This document shows, piece by piece, positions 1 to 8,780 of a DNA stretch of 24,000 nucleotides. Source of the DNA: Ignatzschineria indica (lineage in GTDB: Bacteria > Pseudomonadota > Gammaproteobacteria > Cardiobacteriales > Wohlfahrtiimonadaceae); contig NZ_QEWR01000008.1 of assembly GCF_003121925.1 (NCBI RefSeq), positions 28,152 through 52,151 on the forward strand, given 5' to 3'. The translations under genes were made by a program, and so were the position numbers. How positions within the stretch are numbered: position 1 is the stretch's first letter; every line of letters begins with the position of its first letter. Under the pieces are notes generated by a model that made no database searches, was not told where the DNA came from, and saw only the letters and a program-made list of their open reading frames with translations.

Positions 1-207
1 CGGTTCACGATGACCTTTATGTTTATCAACCATTCCTGGCTCTAAACCACCTCCCTGAACCATAAACCCAGGGATAATACGGTGGAAAAGCGTACCATTA
101 AAGTAACCATCTTTCGCATACTGGAGAAAGTTTTCTGCCGTAGCCGGTGCTTTCTCATGATTTAATTGAATGGTGAAATCACCCATTGTGGTATGGAACT
201 TAAGCAT
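1..207 (-). CDS. ppiB: Peptidyl-prolyl cis-trans isomerase B (cytoplasmic cyclophilin); N-terminal 69 codons only, the rest lies beyond the window edge
   Basis: Own reverse-strand translation from ATG (complement of 205-207): MLKFHTTMGDFTIQLNHEKAPATAENFLQYAKDGYFNGTLFHRIIPGFMVQGGG... It has the cyclophilin FHR..GFMVQGGG core and no signal peptide. It is missing from the ORF track because it is open at the edge. Confidence 0.85.
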   Translation of the reverse strand, partial: MLKFHTTMGDFTIQLNHEKAPATAENFLQYAKDGYFNGTLFHRIIPGFMVQGGGLEPGMVDKHKGHREP

Positions 208-347
208 TATAAATACCTCTTTTATGATAGATCTAATCGCTACGATAACCAGCGAAAATTATGATTATCGTTAGCTGAATTTACTTGAATCTCTTTCGAT
301 TTTAAAATTTTATTCTAAATTTGTTTTAACCAGTACCAATTGTAACA

Positions 348-815
348 CTACTCTTCCGGCAATACTTTATGAAGCGTGTAATCAAAGGGCCCTTCATTCT
401 CAATACGCTTCCCCTCTTTATCTGCAGGGAAGAGAATATTTTCACCCACAAAGTAGCGAAGCTTCCCATCAGGTCCGCCATCAGTCCCCTCTAAGGTAAC
501 CACTTGGCCCGCTTTGTTCCACGTGAAACGCCCTGATTCATTAAAGGTTTCATCTTTTCCTTTAACATCGAGGTAGGTCTGTTTAAGGTCATAACCACCA
601 TTGTACTCAAGCGTTAACTCAACATCGATGCCGCTACAATCGGCACAAGGATATTGTCCCTTATAAACCCCGGCATAATCTAATGCACTTTGCGCTGAGT
701 GCTCTTTATCAAACTCAACGGCACTATTTTCATCAATAGTTGCAGGAGTAACCTCTTTATCATTACATGCAGCCAGAAGAAGCGTAGCACCTAATACAAT
801 CCATAATTTTTTCAT
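348..815 (-). CDS. Lipoprotein consisting only of an NlpE/CutF N-terminal domain (CXXC motif)
   Basis: Lipobox LLAAC follows a signal peptide MKKLWIVLGATLLLAAC. YKGQYPCADCSGIDVELTL and the later FNESGRFTW...FDYTL blocks align with the E. coli NlpE N-domain (LPCADCEGIETSLFL). The track start at 827 is a TTG. I prefer ATG at 815, which is preceded by GAGGG. Confidence 0.7.
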   Translation of the reverse strand: MKKLWIVLGATLLLAACNDKEVTPATIDENSAVEFDKEHSAQSALDYAGVYKGQYPCADCSGIDVELTLEYNGGYDLKQTYLDVKGKDETFNESGRFTWNKAGQVVTLEGTDGGPDGKLRYFVGENILFPADKEGKRIENEGPFDYTLHKVLPEE

Positions 816-902
816 TTTTTCCCTCAATAGCGATCGGCAATTTATGCCGATCTATCTGCTGTTAAATTTTGCTGTTAAATTTGGTCAGTAAGTGGCGGTG
901 CA

Positions 903-938
903 GTTCTTTCATATGTTCTTTCATATGTTATTCCATAT
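903..938. repeat. 12-bp tandem repeat x3 (gttctttcatat, gttctttcatat, gttattccatat), preceded by a 13-bp x2 repeat (gctgttaaatttt) at 858-882
   Basis: Read directly. Lies in the ppiA-nlpE spacer. Confidence 0.8.
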
Positions 939-1024
939 ATTAATTAACTGATTTCTCTATCGATTTGTCTACCAACTTGTCTATTAGACTCTCTTGTTAC
1001 TAATCGATCCACCACAAACTTCTA

Positions 1025-1609
1025 CTACGGTTTTTCAACAAACTTAACACTTTCAATAACGACTGGCTCTACCGGCACATCTTGATGCCCTGCTTTTGAG
1101 GTGGTTTTAACCTTCTCAATCTTATCGATCACATCCATTCCTTCAACAACCTTTCCAAATACGGTATAACCATAACCATCCTGACCAGGATAATCTAAGA
1201 AAGTATTATTCTGCGTGTTGATAAAGAATTGGCTTGTCGCTGAGTTAGGATCCATTGTTCGTGCCATTGCAATAGTGCCACGCTCATTCTTCAATCCATT
1301 ATCAGACTCGATCTTAATAGGTGCCCCACTCTTCTTCTGTTTCATATCCGCATCAAGACCACCACCTTGCACCATAAAGCCATCGATGACACGATGGAAA
1401 ATCAATCCATCATAATAGCCATCATCAACATAATTTTTAAAATTTTCAACGGTAATAGGCGCTTTTTCAGGATCGAGCTCAACGACAAAGTTTCCTTTAG
1501 TTGTATCCATTTCCACATAGAGATGAGGTGCAGTTACTGCTTCTTCTGCCATAACAACCCCTGAAAAGAGGCTAGCTGCTAATGCACCCGCTAACATTAA
1601 TTTTTTCAT
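1025..1609 (-). CDS. ppiA: Peptidyl-prolyl cis-trans isomerase A (periplasmic cyclophilin)
   Basis: Signal peptide MKKLMLAGALAASLFSGVVMA, then a cyclophilin core (FHRVIDGFMVQGGG, SATSQFFIN). Start moved to ATG 1609, which is preceded by TAGGAG. The track start at 1648 adds 13 unlikely residues. Confidence 0.85.
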   Translation of the reverse strand: MKKLMLAGALAASLFSGVVMAEEAVTAPHLYVEMDTTKGNFVVELDPEKAPITVENFKNYVDDGYYDGLIFHRVIDGFMVQGGGLDADMKQKKSGAPIKIESDNGLKNERGTIAMARTMDPNSATSQFFINTQNNTFLDYPGQDGYGYTVFGKVVEGMDVIDKIEKVKTTSKAGHQDVPVEPVVIESVKFVEKP

Positions 1610-1992
1610 ACTGACTCCTAAATCAAAAATTTTTCCAAGTGAGAACAATCATTTGGCATCTGTTCTCAACTCTTCTCTACCCTATATAGAAGGGATGATC
1701 TCCCTTAGCGAAATGATCACTAAAGAAATGTTCTTACATCACTTTTAGGTAAGAGTAATCGCAACAATCCATCACGACAATAACTCCCTACCGCCAAACA
1801 GCTTTACAGTCTACTTTATAACCTATTTATAACGTCTTTATAACGTACTCATAACATCTTCCAAATGTTTTTTGTAACGTCTTTACAATATCTGCTCGAT
1901 TACAAATTGAGCTCTATTATAACTTAATATCGTCTTTTTAAACGATTTCAAGAGTAAATCACCTTTTTTCTAAGATTATTTTTCCAAATAGT

Positions 1993-2025
1993 AAAAAAAA
2001 TGGTGTCATCGTTCAATGACACCAT
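1993..2025 (-). terminator. Rho-independent terminator downstream of yeiP
   Basis: Perfect 10-bp stem atggtgtcat (2000-2009) / atgacaccat (2016-2025). The A8 run at 1993-2000 reads as a U-tract on the minus strand. Confidence 0.7.
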
Positions 2026-2061
2026 CTCTTCTATTGAGCTTCAGTAAAGCTCTATTTAAAT

Positions 2062-2093
2062 CTAATAAAGCTAATAAAGCTAATAAATCTAAT
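2062..2093. repeat. 9-bp tandem repeat ctaataaag x3.5, abutting the yeiP stop codon
   Basis: Read directly: ctaataaag ctaataaag ctaataaat ctaat. Confidence 0.75.
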
Positions 2094-2658
2094 TTGCTCG
2101 ACTTGAATACTCTCTTGTATCGGTATTGACAACAATTTTTGTCCCATTTTCAATATATTCAGGTACTGAAACTGTGATGCCTGTCGAGAGCTTTGCCGGC
2201 TTATTACGTTTTGTCGCACTCGCCCCTTTCAATTCAGGTGCAGTATCAACCACTTCTAAGACCACCGTTTGAGGAAGAGAGAGCGCAACAGGAGCTTCAT
2301 CCACTAAAGAGACATAATAACCTTCAATCCCTTCAAGAATAAAGCCAGCATCATCACCTACTAACTTTTCGCTCAGATAATATTGACTGTAATCTTCACT
2401 ATCCATAAAGACAAAATTATCACCATCTTTATAGGAGTAGGTCGCCTCTCGTTTTGTTAATTGCACATCCTCTAACTCATCATCAGCACGCAAAGAGAGA
2501 TCGACTTTATGATTATCGGGAATTGAGAAGATCTGTATTCTAAAAGTGGTATTACCACCTCTTGCTGTCGGTGCAGATTTCTCCACATCACGCACTAAGT
2601 AATAGAGATTATTATATTGAATCACATCGCCTCGGCGTATCTCATTTGCTTTCTTCAC
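2089..2658 (-). CDS. yeiP: Elongation factor P-like protein (YeiP/EfpL)
   Basis: Collinear with E. coli YeiP: ANEI..G, SPTARGG loop (Arg-tipped, not the KPGKG loop of EF-P), LPQTV.LE.V.TAP..KGASA..RNKPA.LSTG..V.VPEY. Start re-called to GTG 2658, 7 nt after GAGGAG, giving 189 aa against 190 aa in E. coli. Confidence 0.8.
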   Translation of the reverse strand: MKKANEIRRGDVIQYNNLYYLVRDVEKSAPTARGGNTTFRIQIFSIPDNHKVDLSLRADDELEDVQLTKREATYSYKDGDNFVFMDSEDYSQYYLSEKLVGDDAGFILEGIEGYYVSLVDEAPVALSLPQTVVLEVVDTAPELKGASATKRNKPAKLSTGITVSVPEYIENGTKIVVNTDTREYSSRAN

Positions 2659-2830
2659 ACAGCTCTCCTCAATTACCAAAAATTAATTATAGATTGATTA
2701 CAAATCAGCTTAATATCCGCTTGATATCCGTTTAATTATAAGTTAACCGTAAGAATTTATCATCAGACTTATTGATCTGACATCTTAAGAGCAAGTTTCT
2801 ACGCTCCTCTTACAATCTGATAATTGACGA

Positions 2831-3103
2831 TTATGATTTATGATCTCTTGGATCGATATCAAAATAATCTAAACGTTTCTTTAAAGTTGAGCGCGTAATT
2901 CCTAATATCTCCGATGCTTTTGATTGATTACCATCGGTATACTCCAATACCTTCTCAAATAGAGGTCTCTCCACCTCATTGATCACTAAACGGTAAAGAT
3001 TGGGAGGATACTTTCCATCTAACATACTGGAAATTTCGTCTAATGCTTCCTTTACTGACTCACGCAATGGAATATGATCTTTAAGACGCTCACGAGAAAT
3101 CAT
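2831..3103 (-). CDS. fis: DNA-binding protein Fis (nucleoid-associated)
   Basis: PLRESVKEAL...LY.LV..EVE.PL...V..YT.GNQ..A...GI.R.TL.K.L aligns along E. coli Fis. Lies downstream of dusB as in enterics. AGGAG sits 9 nt before the ATG. Confidence 0.85.
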   Translation of the reverse strand: MISRERLKDHIPLRESVKEALDEISSMLDGKYPPNLYRLVINEVERPLFEKVLEYTDGNQSKASEILGITRSTLKKRLDYFDIDPRDHKS

Positions 3104-3306
3104 GCTTACTACTCCTAGAATATCTATCTAATTAATATATTAAGTAAATGAAGTATTACCAAGCCACAGCTCAACAATACTCAGTAAAAAAAAGAGAATA
3201 CCTATCTCGCCTACAATAGATGTTTAATGGTAGATTTTGAGATAGATACCTATTTACGCTATAAAACAGACCTAACTAATTTTTGATTTGTTAAGAACCT
3301 ACATAT

Positions 3307-4257
3307 CTATATTTGATCTAAAAAAATTCTTGCTACCCATTCAAGTTGCTTCTCCGGAATCTTCTCTCGCAACATCGCACTACGCCACTCAGTCGGAATC
3401 TCTCTCTCGCCGAGGTACCAAAGAAGATGTTTTCGAGCAACACGAATTCCCTTCTCTACGCCATAAAAGTGGTGCAAAGCAGAGATATGTTCTAATATCA
3501 CTTGGTAACGCTCTTCAATGGTAGGGAGATAGGGTTGACGCTCGATTAAAGAACGAAAAAGCCAAGGATTACCTAAAGCACCCCGCCCTATCATAATGGC
3601 ATCCGCCTTCGTCATCTTTAAGACCTGTTCTGCTTTCTCTAGTGAATCGATATCACCATTAGCAATCACCGGTATTGAGATCGCCTCTTTAACCTTTGCG
3701 ATCGTTTCATATTCCGCTTCACCCAAAAAACGATCTTCACGTGTTCGCCCATGAATAGCCAAAGCTTGAATACCGATCTCTTCTGCCATCTTCGCAATCG
3801 TGATCGCATTCTTATTCTCTCGATCCCAACCAGTTCGAATCTTTAAGGTCACCGGAACATCAACAGCGGCAACCACAGCTTTTAAGATCTCTGCCACTAA
3901 AGGTTCATCCTGCAATAGTGCAGAACCCGCCGCTTTTTTACAGACTTTTTTTGCCGGACAACCCATATTGATATCTACAATCTCGGCGCCATTTTCAACA
4001 CTAAATTGAGCTGCAGCCGCCATCATTTCAGGATCATACCCCACAATTTGGGCGCTGACAGGAGAGAGCTCTCCTTTATAAATAAGGCGTAACTGTGATT
4101 TTTCAGTCTCCCATAGCTCAGGATTAGCATTCACCATCTCGCTTACCGCAAGACCGGCACCAAAACGCCGACAAATCTTACGGAAAGGAAGATCCGTTAC
4201 CCCCGCCATAGGTGCAAGCACATAGGGCGATGATATATGATAATTCCCTATTTTCAT
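3307..4257 (-). CDS. dusB: tRNA-dihydrouridine synthase B
   Basis: N-terminus MKIGNY....[13 protein letters not shown]...GAGL.VSEM and a [10 protein letters not shown] catalytic block. Conserved prmA-dusB-fis synteny. Confidence 0.9.
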   Translation of the reverse strand: MKIGNYHISSPYVLAPMAGVTDLPFRKICRRFGAGLAVSEMVNANPELWETEKSQLRLIYKGELSPVSAQIVGYDPEMMAAAAQFSVENGAEIVDINMGCPAKKVCKKAAGSALLQDEPLVAEILKAVVAAVDVPVTLKIRTGWDRENKNAITIAKMAEEIGIQALAIHGRTREDRFLGEAEYETIAKVKEAISIPVIANGDIDSLEKAEQVLKMTKADAIMIGRGALGNPWLFRSLIERQPYLPTIEERYQVILEHISALHHFYGVEKGIRVARKHLLWYLGEREIPTEWRSAMLREKIPEKQLEWVARIFLDQI

Positions 4258-5144
4258 TACGATCTCTTAATGCCGTAGAGCCTTGTCCAACCGTCTAAAC
4301 TTTTATTCTCTTGAAACTCAAATTGATCCCGATAAGCACTCTTAACAAATTCTGCATCATGATCTAAGAGCCCCGCTAACACAAGATGCCCGCCTGGCTC
4401 AACTAAATTCCCCAATATTGGTGCCAATTCTACTAATGGACCTGAAAGGATATTGGAGAGAACAACCTTTGCTTTAGGGGGAGAGAATGATTCTGGAAGT
4501 GCGGCATAAATCGAAACATTATTACGCTCTGCATTCTGTTCTGTTGCATAGATCGCCTGCTTATCAATATCGGTGCTATAACACTCCTTCGCTCCCAATA
4601 ATTTGCCGGCAATTCCTAAAATACCAGAACCACACCCATAGTCGATAATGGTGGCATTCATCAACTGATCTCGATTATCAGAGAGCCACTCTAAACAGAG
4701 TGCCGTTGTCGGATGCGTTCCCGTCCCAAAAGCAAGCCCGGGATCTAAGCGAACTGTTGCAACCTCTGGCTCAGGTGATGGCAGATGAGTTGGACAGATC
4801 CAGAGATTCTCACCAAATTTAATCGGTTTATAGTGATCTTGCCATGCTCTAACCCAATCTTTATCTTCTAATTCATGTGTCTCCACAATCGGAAGATAGG
4901 GCTGGTCTAAATAACTCATCAAGAATGCCTTAATCGCTTCAACATCACAGGGAACTTCATAGAGCCCTGTCACTAACGTTTCACTCCATAATGGTGTTTC
5001 ACCTGGAAGTGGTTCAAATATCGGCTCGTCACTACCATCTTTCATGGTGACAGCAACTGCCCCTGACTCAACGAGCGCTTCATCGAGCACCTCCGCCGTC
5101 AAGCGCGCATCAGCTTTTAGAGTTAATTCAAACCATTTATTCAT
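4257..5144 (-). CDS. prmA: Ribosomal protein L11 methyltransferase
   Basis: LEDKDW...W......[23 protein letters not shown] and [15 protein letters not shown] motifs. Start moved to ATG 5144 (MNKWFELTL), giving 295 aa against 293 in E. coli. The track's 32-aa hydrophobic extension starts at a TTG. The stop overlaps the dusB ATG (TAATG). Confidence 0.9.
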   Translation of the reverse strand: MNKWFELTLKADARLTAEVLDEALVESGAVAVTMKDGSDEPIFEPLPGETPLWSETLVTGLYEVPCDVEAIKAFLMSYLDQPYLPIVETHELEDKDWVRAWQDHYKPIKFGENLWICPTHLPSPEPEVATVRLDPGLAFGTGTHPTTALCLEWLSDNRDQLMNATIIDYGCGSGILGIAGKLLGAKECYSTDIDKQAIYATEQNAERNNVSIYAALPESFSPPKAKVVLSNILSGPLVELAPILGNLVEPGGHLVLAGLLDHDAEFVKSAYRDQFEFQENKSLDGWTRLYGIKRS

Positions 5145-5320
5145 AGCTTCACCACATGTCACTAATTTTATTAAGGGGAGAATACTAGCTAAGATATGAA
5201 ACATAATCAAGCAAAAGAGCGTAGAGCAAATTGCGATCAACTTCTTAGCAAGGCATAGATCATAACAAAATTCTCTAGCTATTTGCGCATTTTTTTTACG
5301 GTATATTCTATAAAGCCCTA

Positions 5321-5345
5321 AAAAATGGGAGTTATTCCCATTTTT
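5321..5345. terminator. Terminator-like hairpin, bidirectional, with no gene attached, in the spacer between the divergent prmA and sdhE genes
   Basis: aaaaatggga (5321-5330), loop gttat, tcccattttt (5336-5345). This is a perfect 10-bp stem with A-run and T-run flanks, so it reads as hairpin plus U-tract on both strands. Confidence 0.4.
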
Positions 5346-5530
5346 AAGATGTGATGATTGAGTCCCTACTTCACGATCAAATATTTTAGATCTTAACGCG
5401 CCGGCACTTTAAGCACTCGATAGTTTTTCGAATACTTAAATCAATCTTTCCCCCTCTTCTTAAAAATTAGATATCGAAAGTAGTCAATACTTAGTAGGAT
5501 AGAAGCAGACTAAAAGAGAGAGGATCGCAA

Positions 5531-5574
5531 GAAGATAGCGAGATAGATAACGAGATAGATAACGAGAAGATAAC
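5531..5574. repeat. 12-bp tandem repeat gagatagataac x2, plus degenerate copies on both sides
   Basis: Read directly: gaagatagc gagatagataac gagatagataac gagaagataac. Confidence 0.8.
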
Positions 5575-5814
5575 TTGGAAAATAATATTTCTAATAGATA
5601 TCTTAATATCTCAATCGCCTGGCATTAAAAGGGGAGAGTTAACTCAGCCTCATTAAACGCTCTATAATGGTGACATGATAAAAAGAGCGATAATATCTTC
5701 AAATCGATCTAGCTCTTCCAATCACTTTGAGTCATCAATATTAGTTTTAAATACTCAAACTTGAATACTTAATTTTAAATATCTAGCTTTCTATATTAAT
5801 AGGAGACCAATGTA

Positions 5815-6069
5815 ATGGATAATAAATATGATCTTCGGAAAATAAAATGGCGTTCTCGTCGTGGTATGCGTGAGCTCGATGCGCTTTGTGATCGTTATCT
5901 TGAAAACCACTTTGAAAAAGCACCTGATAGTGAAAAAGATCTCTACCTATCACTTCTTGAGATGCAAGATCCTGAACTCTATTCCCTCTTAATGCATCGG
6001 GCAGAATACCCTACTCCAGAAATTAAGGCATTAGTACTAAAGATGAATCCTGATGTTTTAGAAGATTAA
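5815..6069 (+). CDS. sdhE: FAD assembly factor SdhE (YgfY/CptB family)
   Basis: W.SRRGMRELD motif plus LLE..DP.L...L, collinear with E. coli SdhE (88 aa). AGGAG sits 9 nt upstream of the ATG. Confidence 0.8.
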   Translation: MDNKYDLRKIKWRSRRGMRELDALCDRYLENHFEKAPDSEKDLYLSLLEMQDPELYSLLMHRAEYPTPEIKALVLKMNPDVLED

Positions 6070-6154
6070 GGAAAAATATCTATGTAGAATATCTACTACA
6101 ACACCCTTACTGATTATCAAAATAGTAATTTGTAATAGATAAATAAAATAGATA

Positions 6155-6192
6155 GATAAAAGAAGAGCCCAACAGTTAAACTGTTGGGCTCT
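6155..6192 (-). terminator. Rho-independent terminator of tRNA-Thr copy 1
   Basis: Stem agagcccaacag (6164-6175) / ctgttgggctct (6181-6192). On the minus strand it is followed by TCTTTTATC. Confidence 0.6.
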
Positions 6193-6197
6193 CTATC

Positions 6198-6273
<76 letters not shown>

Positions 6274-6298
6274 TTCTTAAATTTAATCAAGAAGTGGA

Positions 6299-6327
6299 AT
6301 TATAGAGTTCTTCATCAAAGATGTCAA
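6299..6327 (-). promoter_or_regulatory. Consensus sigma70 promoter for tRNA-Thr copy 1
   Basis: Minus strand reads TTGACA (6322-6327), a 17-bp spacer, then TATAAT (6299-6304). The -10 lies 25 nt upstream of the tRNA 5' end. Confidence 0.7.
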
Positions 6328-6506
6328 ACTTTTATTGAAGATACTTTGCATCGGAAGCACTATCTAACAACATAAAAGTAAAAGCTAAAGGAAAAGGTAA
6401 AAAATAAAAGATAAAAAAATCTTAAATTCTTCATTTTTAACCAATAGTACTTGAGCTAAAACCCAACAAAAAATAAGATGTAATTAAGTGCAGGAAAGAG
6501 TAGGAA

Positions 6507-6540
6507 TGCAAAAAGCCCAGCAATAAAACTGCTGGGCTTT
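6507..6540 (-). terminator. Rho-independent terminator of tRNA-Thr copy 2
   Basis: Stem aaagcccagca (6512-6522) / tgctgggcttt (6530-6540). On the minus strand it is followed by TTTTGCATT. Confidence 0.6.
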
Positions 6541-6545
6541 CTAAC

Positions 6546-6621
<76 letters not shown>

Positions 6622-6637
6622 TAAACTATATTTGAGG

Positions 6638-6666
6638 ATTATAGAGATGAAGATTCAGCCTGTCAA
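6638..6666 (-). promoter_or_regulatory. Consensus sigma70 promoter for tRNA-Thr copy 2
   Basis: Minus strand reads TTGACA (6661-6666), a 17-bp spacer, then TATAAT (6638-6643). The -10 lies 16 nt upstream of the tRNA 5' end. Confidence 0.7.
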
Positions 6667-6706
6667 CAACTGCCTAACAATCATTCATTTTGATGTCAAT
6701 ATTCTC

Positions 6707-8647
6707 TTATTCTTGATCTTTTAAAGCACGAAAAAGTGCATTCTCCACACTATAGGCAGCTCGACTAAAATTACGATTCGCCTCTATAACAGCAGCATCA
6801 CGCGCATCAAATACCCCTTCTTGTGCATAATGCTTTAAAATTGCAGCGATCTCAGGACGCGACTCCATCTTTCGATAGTTAAGTGCGGCATCTGCTGCAA
6901 ATTTTCGATAACTCTCTTCAATCCATTCATGCCTATGGCGATTAATCCTCTTTAACACAACTAAAGAGTAGAGCCCTGTTGTTTTATCAAGATGAAAACC
7001 TAAATGCGCCGGCTGAAAATCTAAGCTACGCCAAAAAGCGAAGAGATCTGCCGTTAAACCGAAACTCACTGAGAGAAAATCAAGATTAAGAGAAGAATCG
7101 CTCTCAATTGCCGATATCATTTGTGCACCAATGCCTAATCGCCGAAAAGAATCTACTACAGAGATACGAGAAATCCGTACAGATCGTGCAATCATAGCTT
7201 CAGGAAAATAACTCTGCCCTGCTAAAATTTGGGGGACTAAATTTCCACGAGGACGCCTCTCGCCCCGAAATAGAGCTATAGCAAGCTCTTCCGATAATCC
7301 CCCTTCAACAATGCCCCATGTTGCCCCTATCAGTTGAGATTGATAAAACGCCAATACAAAGAGTTGATGAGGCGAATCAAAGAGTCGTCTTAAATCTTGA
7401 ATATTTGTTTGATAATGAGTCTGATTAAGAAGGTGATAGAGCGCAGCAAGCTTTTGCCGATCTTCTCGCAACAATCTGATATTCTGATCATTATAGAGCT
7501 CTATCTTGAGCGCCTCTTGAAGATCCTCTTTTTTAGGAGTGAAGAATGAATCTTTTAGATCGTAATCACTTCTCTTTGTAAACCTCATTGCATCAACTAA
7601 CTGCGCTAAAGAATCCCGATGATCAAAACGGTGGATCTGCTGGAGCTGGTACTGCTTCTTAATCGTGACAAGATCATAGAGTTTTTCTCGTAATCCTTGC
7701 CCTGTCCCCTCATAATTTTCCACCGAAGAGATCATCAAAACCTTACAAAATCGCTTCACTAAGCGCTCAAGGTGAGAAAGTGGCATCTTTGCTGCCTCTT
7801 CAATAATTAAGGTTTGATTCCAAACCTCTCCCTCTTTAATTCCTAAAAAGAGCGCATCAGGCGCTCGGAATTGGTAATCTTTCAATGATTGATACTGCTC
7901 GATCGCTAACTGATTCGGTGCCGTTAAGATAAAGGCTTCAGGATCACTTGCGATCAAGGCCGCACCTAATGCCGATTTTCCACTTCCCCTTGGCGAAAAG
8001 AGGGTAAAAACTCCCGATGCTTCTGCAAGAAAATCGCTATAGATCGCTCTCTGTGCTTCTGTTAAAACGAGAGAGGGAGAGTTCTTTTTTGTTTCTATCA
8101 TCGAAAGAGATCTCTTAACATGATGCCCCGCTTCTTCCACGAGAGAAAAATCTCCCCCTAACTGTGGCGCAAACCACTCACCTCGCCAATAACGATATGC
8201 ATAATTGACTAACTGCTGTGAGAGGTAATGATCGAAATAGGGAGTCGGTATCATCACATCGTGAAAACGTTGACTCTCCTTCTTACCTAAAGGCTCTGTT
8301 GCTAATAACAATAGTGTGCCATGCGCGCCAATAGTTGCAGCAATCGAAAGAAAATAATCGAGAGGAAAACCTTCTCGAATATCTAACAACACCGCCTCTG
8401 TTGTTGCTCCTAGAAAGTGTCGAGTCGCCTTTAGAGGCGCAGCTTGATACTGCTCTTGTAGCAAAATATCATCTGAGAAGAGAAGCGCTTGAGGGTAGAC
8501 CTTTTGAAAAGCGGGGATCACCACCGATAATGGTTCTGCCACTAAATCGATTGAATCGAGATAGATCACCAAGACCTCTCGAGATCTTCCCTCTAAAACA
8601 CCCTGTAAAAAAAGATCTATCTGTTTTCGATCCAATTTTCGATCCAT
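6707..8647 (-). CDS. tmcA: tRNA(Met) cytidine acetyltransferase TmcA
   Basis: 646 aa. Walker A motif SPRGSGKSALG in the central helicase-like domain, a C-terminal GNAT motif (RISRISV....RRLGIG..M), and size and architecture like E. coli TmcA/YpfI (671 aa). Confidence 0.85.
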   Translation of the reverse strand: MDRKLDRKQIDLFLQGVLEGRSREVLVIYLDSIDLVAEPLSVVIPAFQKVYPQALLFSDDILLQEQYQAAPLKATRHFLGATTEAVLLDIREGFPLDYFLSIAATIGAHGTLLLLATEPLGKKESQRFHDVMIPTPYFDHYLSQQLVNYAYRYWRGEWFAPQLGGDFSLVEEAGHHVKRSLSMIETKKNSPSLVLTEAQRAIYSDFLAEASGVFTLFSPRGSGKSALGAALIASDPEAFILTAPNQLAIEQYQSLKDYQFRAPDALFLGIKEGEVWNQTLIIEEAAKMPLSHLERLVKRFCKVLMISSVENYEGTGQGLREKLYDLVTIKKQYQLQQIHRFDHRDSLAQLVDAMRFTKRSDYDLKDSFFTPKKEDLQEALKIELYNDQNIRLLREDRQKLAALYHLLNQTHYQTNIQDLRRLFDSPHQLFVLAFYQSQLIGATWGIVEGGLSEELAIALFRGERRPRGNLVPQILAGQSYFPEAMIARSVRISRISVVDSFRRLGIGAQMISAIESDSSLNLDFLSVSFGLTADLFAFWRSLDFQPAHLGFHLDKTTGLYSLVVLKRINRHRHEWIEESYRKFAADAALNYRKMESRPEIAAILKHYAQEGVFDARDAAVIEANRNFSRAAYSVENALFRALKDQE

Positions 8648-8720
8648 CCTTTTCTTCCCTTTGAGTATCTAATGCGGCTTAATACAGCATCATTTTTTAA
8701 GAGCTCTTACTCTATGAGTA

Positions 8721-8780
8721 TATCGATCAATATCGATTAGTATCAATTGGTGTCGATTGGTGTCGATTCAAATCGCTCCA
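8721..8780. repeat. Six direct repeats with exact 10-bp phasing, consensus TrTCGATTnn
   Basis: tatcgatcaa / tatcgattag / tatcaattgg / tgtcgattgg / tgtcgattca / aatcgctcca. Two more TCGAT motifs occur at 8786-8790 and 8801-8805. Confidence 0.75.

Noticed and set aside
1215-1564. Two plus-strand ORFs (65-66 aa) antisense to ppiA
   Set aside because: They are shadow ORFs of a conserved gene, with no RBS and no recognisable motifs.
3288-4009. Plus-strand ORFs (78 and 69 aa) antisense to dusB
   Set aside because: They are shadow ORFs inside a conserved gene.
5145-5240. 32-residue hydrophobic N-terminal extension of PrmA in the track ORF
   Set aside because: It starts at a TTG with no RBS. Homology to PrmA begins exactly at the internal MNKWFELTL.
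8335-8664. 109-aa plus-strand ORF antisense to the tmcA 5' end
   Set aside because: It is fully antisense to tmcA, its sequence is low-complexity, and it has no RBS.
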